Position numbers and translations under genes: made by a program | Source of the DNA: a virus | Lineage: Duplodnaviria > Caudoviricetes | IMG/VR virus record: IMGVR_UViG_3300031555_001469 | Direction: 5' to 3' (one strand) | Length of the DNA: 64,000 bases | In this document: piece after piece, positions 39,925 through 49,800 of the stretch | Position numbering within the stretch: position 1 is the stretch's first letter | How the letters are laid out: every line of letters begins with the position of its first letter | The notes under the pieces: model-generated | Seen by the model: the letters and a program-made list of their open reading frames with translations, nothing else | Told to the model about the DNA's origin: nothing | The model's database searches: none

Positions 39925-41718
39925 TTACAGATCTACACCAAAATCGTTCATAGCGCTCTTAGAAATAGGATCTGTGTTAGCAACATGGTCTCTTAAGCCA
40001 GATGGGTTAAGAACCTTGATACGAGCCTGAACTGGCTGATATTCAACGAACTTCCATCTTTCGAAAGCATGGATTGCTGGTAATGCTGGGTTAGCAGCGT
40101 TACGGATTTCATTACTTACATACATCTGGTAATCGTAGATCATGTAAATAATTCTTTCTGTGTTTCTTGGGCACAGGATAACCATTAAGTCATTAGTACC
40201 ACGGAGCTTATCGGAGCTAATAAAGCTGTAAGTTCTCTTATCAGAGGTAACTACTGTCTTAACGAAATCTAAGTTTACAGGACCAATGTTAGATGGTGTC
40301 TGATATGTGTACTCAGTAGGAGTAATCTTTCTGATGATATCAGGACGACCAATAACAGTAATAGTCATGTTAGGATCATTGAGTACCTGTAACAGATTTG
40401 TTACATAAGTATCTAATGCATCCATGAATGTTCTCTGTCTCCATTCAAGGTGGTCATGTGCATAACCATCACGAGGAGCCATATCGTAAGTACGAGCAAG
40501 CTTCTGGCTTTCCGGCATAGTTAAGAAGGAAGTATCAAGATGCTGCTTGATCTTGCCATCCTTGTACTCGCCAAGAACTGTCTTGAACATGCTCATGATC
40601 TTTGTTAACTGATTTACATTGTACAGAGCATTGATATCCTTAACTTCTTCCGGAGAAACAGGTGTGTTAATCGGAATAGCTTCTGGGATTTCATATGCCT
40701 TTGTAGTTGCACTCCACTTAACCTGGCAAGTCTTAAGCATTGCTGTGGAAGTGTCAATACGTGCAGAAAGGTTAACTGCAGTGATTTCAGGGTTAGAACA
40801 CTGAATGAGGAACATGTTGTTCTTCATGTAACCAGAGATAACGCCTGTTACTACCTTAGTACCGCTTGCTGTAGCTACAGTAACGGCAACCTTTTCCATT
40901 ACCTGACGATCATATTCGCCATAAGCCATAGTGAAACGAACGTTTACGTCCTTCCAAACTAAAGCTTCACCATCAGCAGATGCAACACTCTCAGTGAACT
41001 TAGCATCTGGAGTAGCTGCTGCTGGATTATAAGTAACAACTGTGTCACCAGTCTTTGCATATGCAGTTACAAGAACCTTGGAGATGTATGTCTCGATAGA
41101 GAGATTATCATCACCACGAGTTGTTGCAAACCAAGTAGCAAGTAAGTCTGTTGTTTCATTTTCAGGAAGAGCTACAGGACAGTTCTTGAATGGAGCTGTG
41201 CTGTCGATAGCATCCATCATCTTGTTCTGCTCCTTCCACATATCGATCTCTTCACCTTCTGGTGTAACAAGAGTTCTTGTTTCCATTGTAAGTGTGAACT
41301 TCGGAGACTTAGCAACAGTCTTCGGAATAGCACCCTTATCAAATACGTTATTCATAAGAATATTCTTATGAAGAGGGAATGTCATACCAATAACCGGGTT
41401 GTAAGAACCAATAGCTGCATATTCTAATACAGCGGCACGGTCATTAATGTACTGCTCCTTCATCATTGTTTCGTGATCTTCAATTTCCTCAGCAGTCATA
41501 TGTTCATAGCAAGCAGAGTTCTCAACGAAGAAGTTCTCTAAAGCGTCATTGGTCTGTCCCATCATGACAACCTTAGCAGCTTCGCTAAACAGATCTGTGC
41601 CAGACTCCTGAAGGATATTCTGAGCTACGTCTCTGAAAGATTTAACGTAGGCGTTTAACGGATCCTTAGCATATCCACGACCTAATGTGGATGTCTGTCT
41701 TTCACCAATAGTAGGCAT
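39925..41718 (-). CDS. Major capsid protein (probable)
   Basis: 597 aa; codon bias suggesting high expression; own late promoter (41788-41800) and terminator (about 39876-39905); near the prohead protease. Confidence 0.6.
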   Translation of the reverse strand: MPTIGERQTSTLGRGYAKDPLNAYVKSFRDVAQNILQESGTDLFSEAAKVVMMGQTNDALENFFVENSACYEHMTAEEIEDHETMMKEQYINDRAAVLEYAAIGSYNPVIGMTFPLHKNILMNNVFDKGAIPKTVAKSPKFTLTMETRTLVTPEGEEIDMWKEQNKMMDAIDSTAPFKNCPVALPENETTDLLATWFATTRGDDNLSIETYISKVLVTAYAKTGDTVVTYNPAAATPDAKFTESVASADGEALVWKDVNVRFTMAYGEYDRQVMEKVAVTVATASGTKVVTGVISGYMKNNMFLIQCSNPEITAVNLSARIDTSTAMLKTCQVKWSATTKAYEIPEAIPINTPVSPEEVKDINALYNVNQLTKIMSMFKTVLGEYKDGKIKQHLDTSFLTMPESQKLARTYDMAPRDGYAHDHLEWRQRTFMDALDTYVTNLLQVLNDPNMTITVIGRPDIIRKITPTEYTYQTPSNIGPVNLDFVKTVVTSDKRTYSFISSDKLRGTNDLMVILCPRNTERIIYMIYDYQMYVSNEIRNAANPALPAIHAFERWKFVEYQPVQARIKVLNPSGLRDHVANTDPISKSAMNDFGVDL

Positions 41719-41813
41719 AATTAAGTCCTCCTTTTTATATTTTATATAAATACATAGTTATACCCAAAATTAGATATTATGAGTATTTTACTATATTGTT
41801 AATAATTTTAAGC

Positions 41814-42956
41814 TCAACTATTCTTTTCTCGATTGATTTCACTCAGTAATTTATTAATATAACTGAGGGTTACCAAACATTGCTGATATGCTTGAGCATT
41901 TTCTATATAAGATCTAGTTGCAAATGATGTAGTAATAATATCATTTACAGTAGACTTTAACTGAACGATAGACGTAACAACGAAATCTATCTGAATTGCA
42001 TTCTCAGAAGTCTTCATAACCGCTTTAATATCTTCTTCGATATTCTTAAGAGTCTTATAAAGATTCATAAAATTATCCAATAATTCAGTCTGTCTAATAG
42101 TAATTTGAGTAGGAGATAAATCAGCAAAAACCTGCTTCTCTAACTCTTTAATTTCATCATCTACTGAACCAGAAGTGTTATCATCTGTATTAGTGTCATC
42201 TTCTTCAGGAGCTTCTTCGGAGTCTTCTCCTTCTTCACCCTCATCAGATCCCTCTTCATCATCTGGGTCAGCTGCAGTATAATCTTCTATATCTTCACCG
42301 CCGTCTTCTGGAGATTCTTCTCCACCTTCATCAGATCCTTCATCTCCGTCAGGTTCAGATGCTGTATAATCTTCAGTATCACCATCATCTCCCTGAACCA
42401 TATCTAAATCTGATTCTCCATCTTCAGTTTCACCATCTCCCTCTGTATCATCATATCCAGAATCTGGATCATCTTCACTCGCAGGGTCTGGTTCATTTTC
42501 ATCATCGGTAGCAGTATAATCTTCAGGTTCATCTTCCGATGCTTCTTCTGGTTCTTCATCAGGTACATCTTCAGAGCCGTCGTTTCCTTCTTCTCCTTCG
42601 CCCTCTTCAGTATCAGGAGCTGAAGCAGTATAATCCTCAGAATCATCGTCATCGTCAGTAGGGTTAATATCTGAAATATCATCTTCATTATCAGGTTCTC
42701 CTTCTTCAGACCCCTCAGAATCTTCTGGTGCTGAATCAGCAGTATAATCTTCGGGATCTTCACCTTCAGGTGCATCCTCGCCTTCACTTGTTTCATCTGC
42801 CTCAGGGGAAGTAATTTCTTCCCCTTCAGCATCATCGTCCTGAGAATAATCGGTAGGCTTGTTATCGTCATCCTCTTCATCTTCTACAGTTTTTCCATTG
42901 ATATCTAATTCATGTATATAACCAAAGTTATATTTTTTTCCTGAATAAATTCCCAT
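41814..42956 (-). CDS. Highly acidic repeat protein, candidate scaffold/core protein
   Basis: D/E-rich region with five EDYTA repeats; MGIYS N-terminus; immediately upstream of the capsid gene. Confidence 0.5.
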   Translation of the reverse strand: MGIYSGKKYNFGYIHELDINGKTVEDEEDDDNKPTDYSQDDDAEGEEITSPEADETSEGEDAPEGEDPEDYTADSAPEDSEGSEEGEPDNEDDISDINPTDDDDDSEDYTASAPDTEEGEGEEGNDGSEDVPDEEPEEASEDEPEDYTATDDENEPDPASEDDPDSGYDDTEGDGETEDGESDLDMVQGDDGDTEDYTASEPDGDEGSDEGGEESPEDGGEDIEDYTAADPDDEEGSDEGEEGEDSEEAPEEDDTNTDDNTSGSVDDEIKELEKQVFADLSPTQITIRQTELLDNFMNLYKTLKNIEEDIKAVMKTSENAIQIDFVVTSIVQLKSTVNDIITTSFATRSYIENAQAYQQCLVTLSYINKLLSEINREKNS

Positions 42957-42976
42957 TGGTTAGTACCTCCTTTGTT

Positions 42977-45397
42977 TTAATCGTCACTAGAATTAGGCGC
43001 ATTAGGTACAGTCTGATTGAAGTTAACCTTCATATTGTATTTAATACGCTGCTTCTGTCTTTCAAGGTTTCTCTGAATGACGTAAAGTTGTTTAAGAGCC
43101 TTCATATCATTATTATCTTCTGCAGCTCTAATATACTTTTCGCACATCTTTAATTCGACTTCAATGTCGTCTAATATCAACTGACGTTCTTTATGCTTTA
43201 ATTTACTATTCATAGCAAATGCGCCAAGAACACCAATTACTGCTACTGCTGGGCTAACAGCATATGTAGCACCGGCTATAATAGCACCCTTAATAATCTT
43301 AGATGCTGATGGCAACATACTTCCTCTAATGATAGCTTCTCTATTATCATTTCTAAGCGCTCTTTCTGTAGAGTCTCTTAATGTATTTAAAGAGCTATCA
43401 ATAGTTCTAGATGCAGCCTTTTCTTTATCAGATAATTTAACTGCTGTTTTCTTAACTTTATCTGCGGCTAATTTAAGAGTATTTGCTATATTCAATTCAT
43501 GAATAACACCACTCTTTACACTAGTATTTAATTCAGATATTTCGTTAGCAGCTTCATAGAGTAACTTACTTTCTATAATAGAATAATCTATTGTAGAAGC
43601 ATTCTCTAATTTATAAATACTATTAGCGAGTGTACTCGTATAACCAGCTTTAGTTCTAGGTACAGGAGTCTCTATAATAGTATCTTTGTAATCTTCCATA
43701 GCTGTGATAAGTTTCTTTGTATCAACTAAATCATTAGCAATACAAGCAAACTGAGTAACCGCAGCTAATTCCTGGATAGTATAGTGCGGTAAGCAAGATA
43801 TGATATCTTCTGTAAGATTTTTCTGTGGTAATGAATCTACAGATTCTGCTAAAATCATCATATCTACAATATCGGATTTTAAAGCAGCTTCTATATTAAA
43901 GTCATCATCACCAAAGTCAAAATCGAAGTCAAATTCTTCATCGTCATCATATCCTTCTTCAGAATCTCTACTGAAGTTTTCGTCGTCAGTATGAAGATCT
44001 CTATAATAATCGTCAACCTTCTTATAAGTATTATCGAGTTCTTTAAGATACTCTTCTAATCTCTTCTTAGTAGTCTCAGATTTAGCACTATCGATCTTCT
44101 TCTTGACTTTTTCTTTTTCCTTCTTAATATCATTACGAATCTTTTCGGTCTCTTTTCTTCTAAGTTTCATCTTGATACAATAGTTTGCAATCAAAGTTAC
44201 ACAGAATACAATTGGACCGATAGCCAGTGTAGATAATACTACAAACTGTCTAATCATATTAAGAATAGATGGAGTACCATCTACAATATTATTCTTTGAT
44301 AATACAAAGAATTTTGTAATGAATGTCTTAAGCTTCTCTGGAGTTTTCTTTGTATCTATCTTAAAGTTATCAATAAGTTGCTGAGCTTTATTAGTAGCTT
44401 CAGAGTATACTTTAACACCAGATTCAAACTTAACGTCTAACAACTGTTCATCTAAGGAAGTAGATTCGGTCACTACAGTATCACCATTTACAATACTATA
44501 GGCTTCACTTAAATCTTCTTTATCAAATACCTTAGTTTCAGTTAAAATAATATTCATATTCTTAAGATCATCTTCTTCAAAAGATTCTCTAAATAAGAAA
44601 TATTCAGTTACATAATTAACCAGAGACTTTGTATCATAATGAATAAAGTTCTTATTAATTGTGTACCAGCAAGCTTCTAATGCAGTATTATATTGAACTT
44701 CTGTACCAGATCTAAATCTAGATACTAATTCACATACTTCATCGATAGCAAGCTCCACATCAGAAGCCTCTTTGAAAATCTTATCAAGCTCAATATGTTT
44801 AGAAAGAGTCTTATGGTTATTAAGAATTCTATCACAGTGAATCTGTACAGCTAATGCCTCTTCAATCTTATGAAAAGCAGCATCTACAGCTTCTTCTACC
44901 TTCTTATCCTGCTGGCCCTGAGGGGCAGACGATACAGCACCTTTAACCTGAAGCTTAGCCTGGATATCACTTGCAATATCAGAAGCAGCGGATGTATTAT
45001 TAGAAATCTTATTAGTTATCTTAGTAGATAACTTTGTTTTAAATCTTCTTGTTTTCATCTTAACGTAATTCATAGCCTGAGCACCATCTCTAACCTTAGG
45101 TGTTAAACTCTCAGCTATAGCACTAGAAAAAGTATTGATGTCTCCGATATTACCAGATTCACATACTTTTTCAAAAGCATCAATAATTTTATTGAAAGCA
45201 AGATTAGTAGTACTATCTAAACTTTCCCAGTTTTCCAATAAGTATTTAAAGTTATTTCTAGAGTAACACTCGTTAATAAATCTATCATGAAGATAAGCCA
45301 TTCTATCATACCAATGATTGGTAATGAAATTGCTCTCAGATAAGCACTTTAACGAGTTAGCTCTATTCTTAATATTATACATAGTGACTTTGCACAT
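42977..45397 (-). CDS. Large putative virion/head protein
   Basis: 806 aa; two hydrophobic segments; late motif at 45431-45443. Confidence 0.45.
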   Translation of the reverse strand: MCKVTMYNIKNRANSLKCLSESNFITNHWYDRMAYLHDRFINECYSRNNFKYLLENWESLDSTTNLAFNKIIDAFEKVCESGNIGDINTFSSAIAESLTPKVRDGAQAMNYVKMKTRRFKTKLSTKITNKISNNTSAASDIASDIQAKLQVKGAVSSAPQGQQDKKVEEAVDAAFHKIEEALAVQIHCDRILNNHKTLSKHIELDKIFKEASDVELAIDEVCELVSRFRSGTEVQYNTALEACWYTINKNFIHYDTKSLVNYVTEYFLFRESFEEDDLKNMNIILTETKVFDKEDLSEAYSIVNGDTVVTESTSLDEQLLDVKFESGVKVYSEATNKAQQLIDNFKIDTKKTPEKLKTFITKFFVLSKNNIVDGTPSILNMIRQFVVLSTLAIGPIVFCVTLIANYCIKMKLRRKETEKIRNDIKKEKEKVKKKIDSAKSETTKKRLEEYLKELDNTYKKVDDYYRDLHTDDENFSRDSEEGYDDDEEFDFDFDFGDDDFNIEAALKSDIVDMMILAESVDSLPQKNLTEDIISCLPHYTIQELAAVTQFACIANDLVDTKKLITAMEDYKDTIIETPVPRTKAGYTSTLANSIYKLENASTIDYSIIESKLLYEAANEISELNTSVKSGVIHELNIANTLKLAADKVKKTAVKLSDKEKAASRTIDSSLNTLRDSTERALRNDNREAIIRGSMLPSASKIIKGAIIAGATYAVSPAVAVIGVLGAFAMNSKLKHKERQLILDDIEVELKMCEKYIRAAEDNNDMKALKQLYVIQRNLERQKQRIKYNMKVNFNQTVPNAPNSSDD

Positions 45398-45511
45398 AAT
45401 AAGATACCTCCTATCTCTTATATTCTTTTATTAATATAAAGTTCACAGTCTAGGGGCTTACAGTTGAAACATATTAATAAATCAATAAGCCCTAAAAAGG
45501 AGGTTATAGAC

Positions 45512-46321
45512 ATGGAACGACCTATTGGATATTTGATCGCCGAGTCTGCTATGACTACAAAGGCTGTAGATATCACAAATACTAATTCCCGTCGTGTAGT
45601 AGGAGAAGGAATCCTGCAGGACATGGATGTAGAAAATAGAAACGGTAGAATTTATGCTAAGGTAGACCTTGAACCAGAAGTTAGAGGTGCTAGATTAGCA
45701 GAACTTATTTCTACCGGTAACTTAAAAGGTGAAGATGGACATCCTGCTTCTAAAGAATTAGCAAGACAGCAGACCATCGACCCTCAGTGTGTATGTGTAA
45801 AATACACAAAGGTTTGGACTGAAGGTAACGATATTAAGGCTACTTTCATAGGCACAAACAATGATCTTGGTGCAGCATTTGACCAGGATTTAAGAGATGG
45901 TGAATTACCATCCTTCTCTTTACGTGCTTTAGGTACTATTGAAAACAAGAGTGGTAAAGCTTATGTAAAGAATATTAAGATTATTACTTGGGATAGAGTT
46001 TACTACCCATCCCATAAGAGAGCCTATACTTCTGGTTTAGTAACAGAGTCTGCTATCGCAGCAAACAGAAGTGGTAATCAGAGAGTATTCAAAGAAAGTG
46101 ATAAGGGTATTATCTTACCTATCACAAATGAAGAAGTAATTGATATGATCAAGAAGGAATCTGCTAATCTTAACAGATTACTTGATAGCTTTACCTCTGT
46201 ATATGAATCCATTAACTATAATCCAAAATCTAATCTTGTTGAGTTAAGAGATAGATTTGGTAATATGTATATGGTTCACGTAGAAAACTATATTCAGGAT
46301 CAGATCATGAAATATTGCTAA
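45512..46321 (+). CDS. Prohead core protease (T4 gp21-like)
   Basis: NRNGRIY, GEDGHP, FSLRALG, ITWDRVYYPSH; late motif at 45468-45480. Confidence 0.85.
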   Translation: MERPIGYLIAESAMTTKAVDITNTNSRRVVGEGILQDMDVENRNGRIYAKVDLEPEVRGARLAELISTGNLKGEDGHPASKELARQQTIDPQCVCVKYTKVWTEGNDIKATFIGTNNDLGAAFDQDLRDGELPSFSLRALGTIENKSGKAYVKNIKIITWDRVYYPSHKRAYTSGLVTESAIAANRSGNQRVFKESDKGIILPITNEEVIDMIKKESANLNRLLDSFTSVYESINYNPKSNLVELRDRFGNMYMVHVENYIQDQIMKYC

Positions 46322-46328
46322 AATAAAT

Positions 46329-46354
46329 CCCCTAGTAGATTTCTCTACTAGGGG
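46329..46354. terminator. Terminator hairpin, CCTAGTAGA family
   Basis: CCCCTAGTAGA-TTTC-TCTACTAGGGG between convergent genes. Confidence 0.75.
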
Positions 46355-46362
46355 TATATTAT

Positions 46363-46656
46363 TTATTTTTTGGACTTTAATGTCACTATTAATGAGTTTG
46401 CTTCATCAGTTACTTTTCTTTCTACCTTAACCAGGCAATTATACGCACTATAATTTTCGGTGGTAGAATGCTTATCTAAATCTGTTCTCGTGACTGATAA
46501 TACATTGATGTTTTCAAATATCTTTTCGATATCAATTACACTTTTAGACTCATTCATAAAAGTTAAAGACAATACTGTTGTGTTAGTAGAATCTTTTCTT
46601 TCGGTAATTAAAGTTAATGTATTAAGTTCAATCTTATTATTAACCGTTATCTTCAT
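46363..46656 (-). CDS. Hypothetical protein, last gene of rSAM operon 2
   Basis: 97 aa; GGAGG RBS. Confidence 0.6.
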   Translation of the reverse strand: MKITVNNKIELNTLTLITERKDSTNTTVLSLTFMNESKSVIDIEKIFENINVLSVTRTDLDKHSTTENYSAYNCLVKVERKVTDEANSLIVTLKSKK

Positions 46657-46685
46657 TGTACATCTAGCCTCCTTTTATATTATTG

Positions 46686-47771
46686 TTAATCTGTACAAAC
46701 GCTATCACAGTAGCAATTGTCATCACAACCACAGTCATAATCACATACACAATTGTAATTACAGCAAGTACCATTACAACAATTATAGTCGCATGTACAA
46801 TCATTACCGCATCCATCTGCGCAGTCTCCATAACATCCACAGTCACTACCGCATCCATCCGGACAGTCATAATTACAACAGTCTTTATTACAAGAACAGT
46901 CTGTTCCACATCCGTCTGCACAATCACTATTACAAGAGCAATCTGAGCCACAACCATCTGCACAATCACTATTACAAGAGCAATCATAACAGTTATCATG
47001 TTGGCAATCTGAGTTACAGCAATCATAACATCCATCAAAATTACAACAATCGCCATTGCAAGCTCCATACCAAACATCTCCACAGTCATTACAATCTGTG
47101 CAATCAATGCATCCTTCTTGACAGTCTCTATTACAAGGACAGTCATTTACACAACAATCTGTTCCACATCCGTCTGCGCAGTCTCTATTACAAGAGCAAT
47201 CTGAACCACAACCATGTGCACAATCACTATTACAAGAACAGTCTGTACCGCAACCGTCTGAGCCGCAACCATGTGCGCAATTACTATTACAAGAACAGTC
47301 TGCACCACATCCATCTGCGCAATCGTTATCACACGGGCAATTGCTATCACAATAACAGTCATATACGCAACAATCGTAACACTTATTACTATCACAATCA
47401 CAGTCATAATCACAGCAGTTATTATCACAACTACAGTTGAAATTACAACAATCCTGATAGCAACTACAATAATCCTTATACACAGATGCTTGTGTTGAAG
47501 ATAGAGTATTAACTTGGCTAGGAGACATACCGCTTATATCGGTTGGTAATGTACTACCTTTATAATAATAATTCATTCTATCACTACTATCTTTAATACA
47601 AGCATTAATCTGATTAATCATATTAAGCAGATACTGTTTATTAACAACAGTACCAGACGTTAAAGTTGTTGCTGATCCTGAAAATCCATATCTATTATAA
47701 GTTTTAATTACATTAGAATTTATGGTATTCATATCAGCAGCTGTTAATTTTTCACCTGACGATATAGCCAT
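46686..47771 (-). CDS. Cys/Asp/Asn-rich repeat protein, putative substrate of the adjacent radical SAM enzyme
   Basis: About 100-aa N-terminal domain, then about 80 Cys including a repeated 14-aa unit DCSCNSDCADGCG(S/T). Confidence 0.75.
   Translation of the reverse strand: MAISSGEKLTAADMNTINSNVIKTYNRYGFSGSATTLTSGTVVNKQYLLNMINQINACIKDSSDRMNYYYKGSTLPTDISGMSPSQVNTLSSTQASVYKDYCSCYQDCCNFNCSCDNNCCDYDCDCDSNKCYDCCVYDCYCDSNCPCDNDCADGCGADCSCNSNCAHGCGSDGCGTDCSCNSDCAHGCGSDCSCNRDCADGCGTDCCVNDCPCNRDCQEGCIDCTDCNDCGDVWYGACNGDCCNFDGCYDCCNSDCQHDNCYDCSCNSDCADGCGSDCSCNSDCADGCGTDCSCNKDCCNYDCPDGCGSDCGCYGDCADGCGNDCTCDYNCCNGTCCNYNCVCDYDCGCDDNCYCDSVCTD
46890..47335 (-). repeat. Imperfect 42-bp coding repeats
   Basis: CAATCACTATTACAAGA(G/A)CA-type units recur and encode DCSCNSDC. 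Confidence 0.7.
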
Positions 47772-47804
47772 ACTTTTCACACTCCTATCTTTTGTTTACA
47801 AAGA

Positions 47805-49022
47805 TTATTCGTGTTTAGAACACTTACATTCTTTTTTACTAAGCTGTTCTATTTTTTCTTCTAATCGATTGCATCTCTTCTCTAAGTAATCGATCTTATT
47901 AACCATAGACTCTAATAACTTACTTGTATTTCTTCGCTCAATGATATTAATAAATCTATAGTAGTGTTTATTAATAACCGTCATAAATTTCTCGTCATAA
48001 TTATTAGGTCTAGTATATAAATCCCCACCAAATTCAAAGTTTACAGCTACACAAACCTGACAAGGATTATCAGACATCTTAGATTCATCAATAGCAGCAA
48101 ATATAGCCTGAATTTCAGGATTAATAGGATTTTCATTATGAATATTTCCATATAAAACATCATTTCTTCTTTCAGAATTATAGAAGAAGAATCTATGGCA
48201 AGGATAGATATTTCCATCCGTATCCATTCCAACCATTCTTCTTCCTGAAGAACAACCAGAACATCTATCGAATCGCTTAAATGGGAATCTATTCTTATTC
48301 AACGTAATTTTAGATAAATCAGAATTAATCTTATCTAATTCTCTATCTAAAATAAGTACATCGTTATCGTCCCAATCATCTTCTATTACCCAAGCAAATT
48401 TAAAGTGAACCTTTAAAGTTCTAATAAAATAAAGATAAGAATCATAAAGTCTTGGTAAAGAAGATTTAGAAATTACAGAATGAACGTGCAGTCTCTCATG
48501 AGATATATTGTGTTTGTCAAAGAATTCCTTAAACTTAGGAATAGCAGCTTCAACCAGATCAGAAGATTTAATACATGTATTAGCACATGGTCTATTACCA
48601 TTCTGAATTTCTGGAATACCATCAATAGATAACTGAATATCTACATACCCAGTCAATCTGTACCACTCTTCTAAAAAGGCTTCAACCTTTTCATTATAAA
48701 TAGTACCATTAGTAATAATAGCAAACTTTATTTTAACACCAGTTTCTTTTTCTTTTTCTACACCATATCTAAGCATACTTATCATAAGATCAGTGCAGAG
48801 CATTGGTTCGCCACCAAAGAATGTAATATTAACAGTTCGCTTCTTATCGTTAGAAGCAATAGCATTTGCGACTAAAAAGTCAATCATTTTAAATGCAGTT
48901 TCTTCACTCATATACTTTGAAACAGCTCTAGTATCCTTTTCAAAGCAATACGTACATCTTAAGTTACAGTTTTCTGTTAAAATAAAATAACAGGAAGTGA
49001 TATTGGTATCCATCATAACCAT
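47805..49022 (-). CDS. Radical SAM/SPASM-type maturase 2
   Basis: CNLRCTYC, FFGGEP, TNGT, SIDG; C-terminal CSSG...GNIYPCHRF...CQVC; late motif at 49069-49081. Confidence 0.9.
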   Translation of the reverse strand: MVMMDTNITSCYFILTENCNLRCTYCFEKDTRAVSKYMSEETAFKMIDFLVANAIASNDKKRTVNITFFGGEPMLCTDLMISMLRYGVEKEKETGVKIKFAIITNGTIYNEKVEAFLEEWYRLTGYVDIQLSIDGIPEIQNGNRPCANTCIKSSDLVEAAIPKFKEFFDKHNISHERLHVHSVISKSSLPRLYDSYLYFIRTLKVHFKFAWVIEDDWDDNDVLILDRELDKINSDLSKITLNKNRFPFKRFDRCSGCSSGRRMVGMDTDGNIYPCHRFFFYNSERRNDVLYGNIHNENPINPEIQAIFAAIDESKMSDNPCQVCVAVNFEFGGDLYTRPNNYDEKFMTVINKHYYRFINIIERRNTSKLLESMVNKIDYLEKRCNRLEEKIEQLSKKECKCSKHE

Positions 49023-49101
49023 TTCTCCTTTAAAGTAAAATATTTGGTATATTGAGAAACAATATACCTTATTACTAAGTTTACAGTATACTAAAAACGA
49101 A

Positions 49102-49131
49102 AATCCTAGTAGAATTTAATCTACTAGGATT
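49102..49131 (-). terminator. Terminator hairpin, CCTAGTAGA family
   Basis: AATCCTAGTAGA-ATTTAA-TCTACTAGGATT. Confidence 0.7.
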
Positions 49132-49135
49132 AAGA

Positions 49136-49318
49136 TTATTCTTCTTCAGCAATCTGTGTATATTCAGTGTTAATCTTATTCACAAGTGTTGTATACTCAG
49201 ACTGAGTAAGATTCTTACCATTATAATACACACTACACATATCTAAGAGATCTTCCTTAGATCTAGACCTTGTATCAATAAGTCTTTTAATAAGATTATA
49301 TCCCATTGCTGTATTCAT
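49136..49318 (-). CDS. Small XkdX-like tail-module protein
   Basis: 60 aa; YYNGKNLTQSEY resembles the XkdX-type motif. Confidence 0.45.
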   Translation of the reverse strand: MNTAMGYNLIKRLIDTRSRSKEDLLDMCSVYYNGKNLTQSEYTTLVNKINTEYTQIAEEE

Positions 49319-49328
49319 AAAATACCCC

Positions 49329-49682
49329 CTATGAATTTAATTTTGCTCTTAATAAAGAAACCTCGTATAATAAATCAGCTTCATAATCTAAAAGAGCATT
49401 TACAGTTTTCTTAAGTTCTTTAATTTCTTCTTCCGGTGTTTTATTAGGTTCTATGACATTTTCTGTATCTTTTCTATAGAAAGTACCAGTTCTATGATCA
49501 TAATGATCTCCTATAGAAACAGGTATATTCGTTGTTTCTATAGCCAATGCATCAAAACCATAATCTTGTCTCGCCAACTGATTAGCAAATTCGTAGTTAT
49601 CACATACTATAGTATTCTTAACCACATAAATTTCTTTTATCTCATGATAAGATAATATAGCAAAAATCTGATTACACCACAT
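49329..49682 (-). CDS. Putative tail-fibre assembly protein
   Basis: VSIGDHYD...TFY followed by a coiled coil; late motif at 49721-49733. Confidence 0.4.
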   Translation of the reverse strand: MWCNQIFAILSYHEIKEIYVVKNTIVCDNYEFANQLARQDYGFDALAIETTNIPVSIGDHYDHRTGTFYRKDTENVIEPNKTPEEEIKELKKTVNALLDYEADLLYEVSLLRAKLNS

Positions 49683-49800
49683 AGTATCAAATCCTTTCTG
49701 TATAGTAGTTTAATAGTCGTTTATCTAATTGTTTTCCTAGTTGAACTATAACTGGAAATCCTGAACAAACCTATAAATGAAATAAAAAGGAGATGAGAAA

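Noticed and set aside
42404-42880. 158-aa Met/Lys/Ile-rich ORF
   Set aside because: Alternative frame of the acidic repeat gene.
46890-47335. Possible CRISPR array
   Set aside because: Repeats are degenerate, in-frame and coding, lack unique spacers, and no cas genes are present.
46460-47498. His/Asn/Tyr-rich 326-aa ORF and Ile/Thr/Val-rich ORFs overlapping the Cys-rich gene
   Set aside because: Shadow frames of the repetitive Cys/Asp codons; no RBS. The Cys frame has the RBS and operon context.
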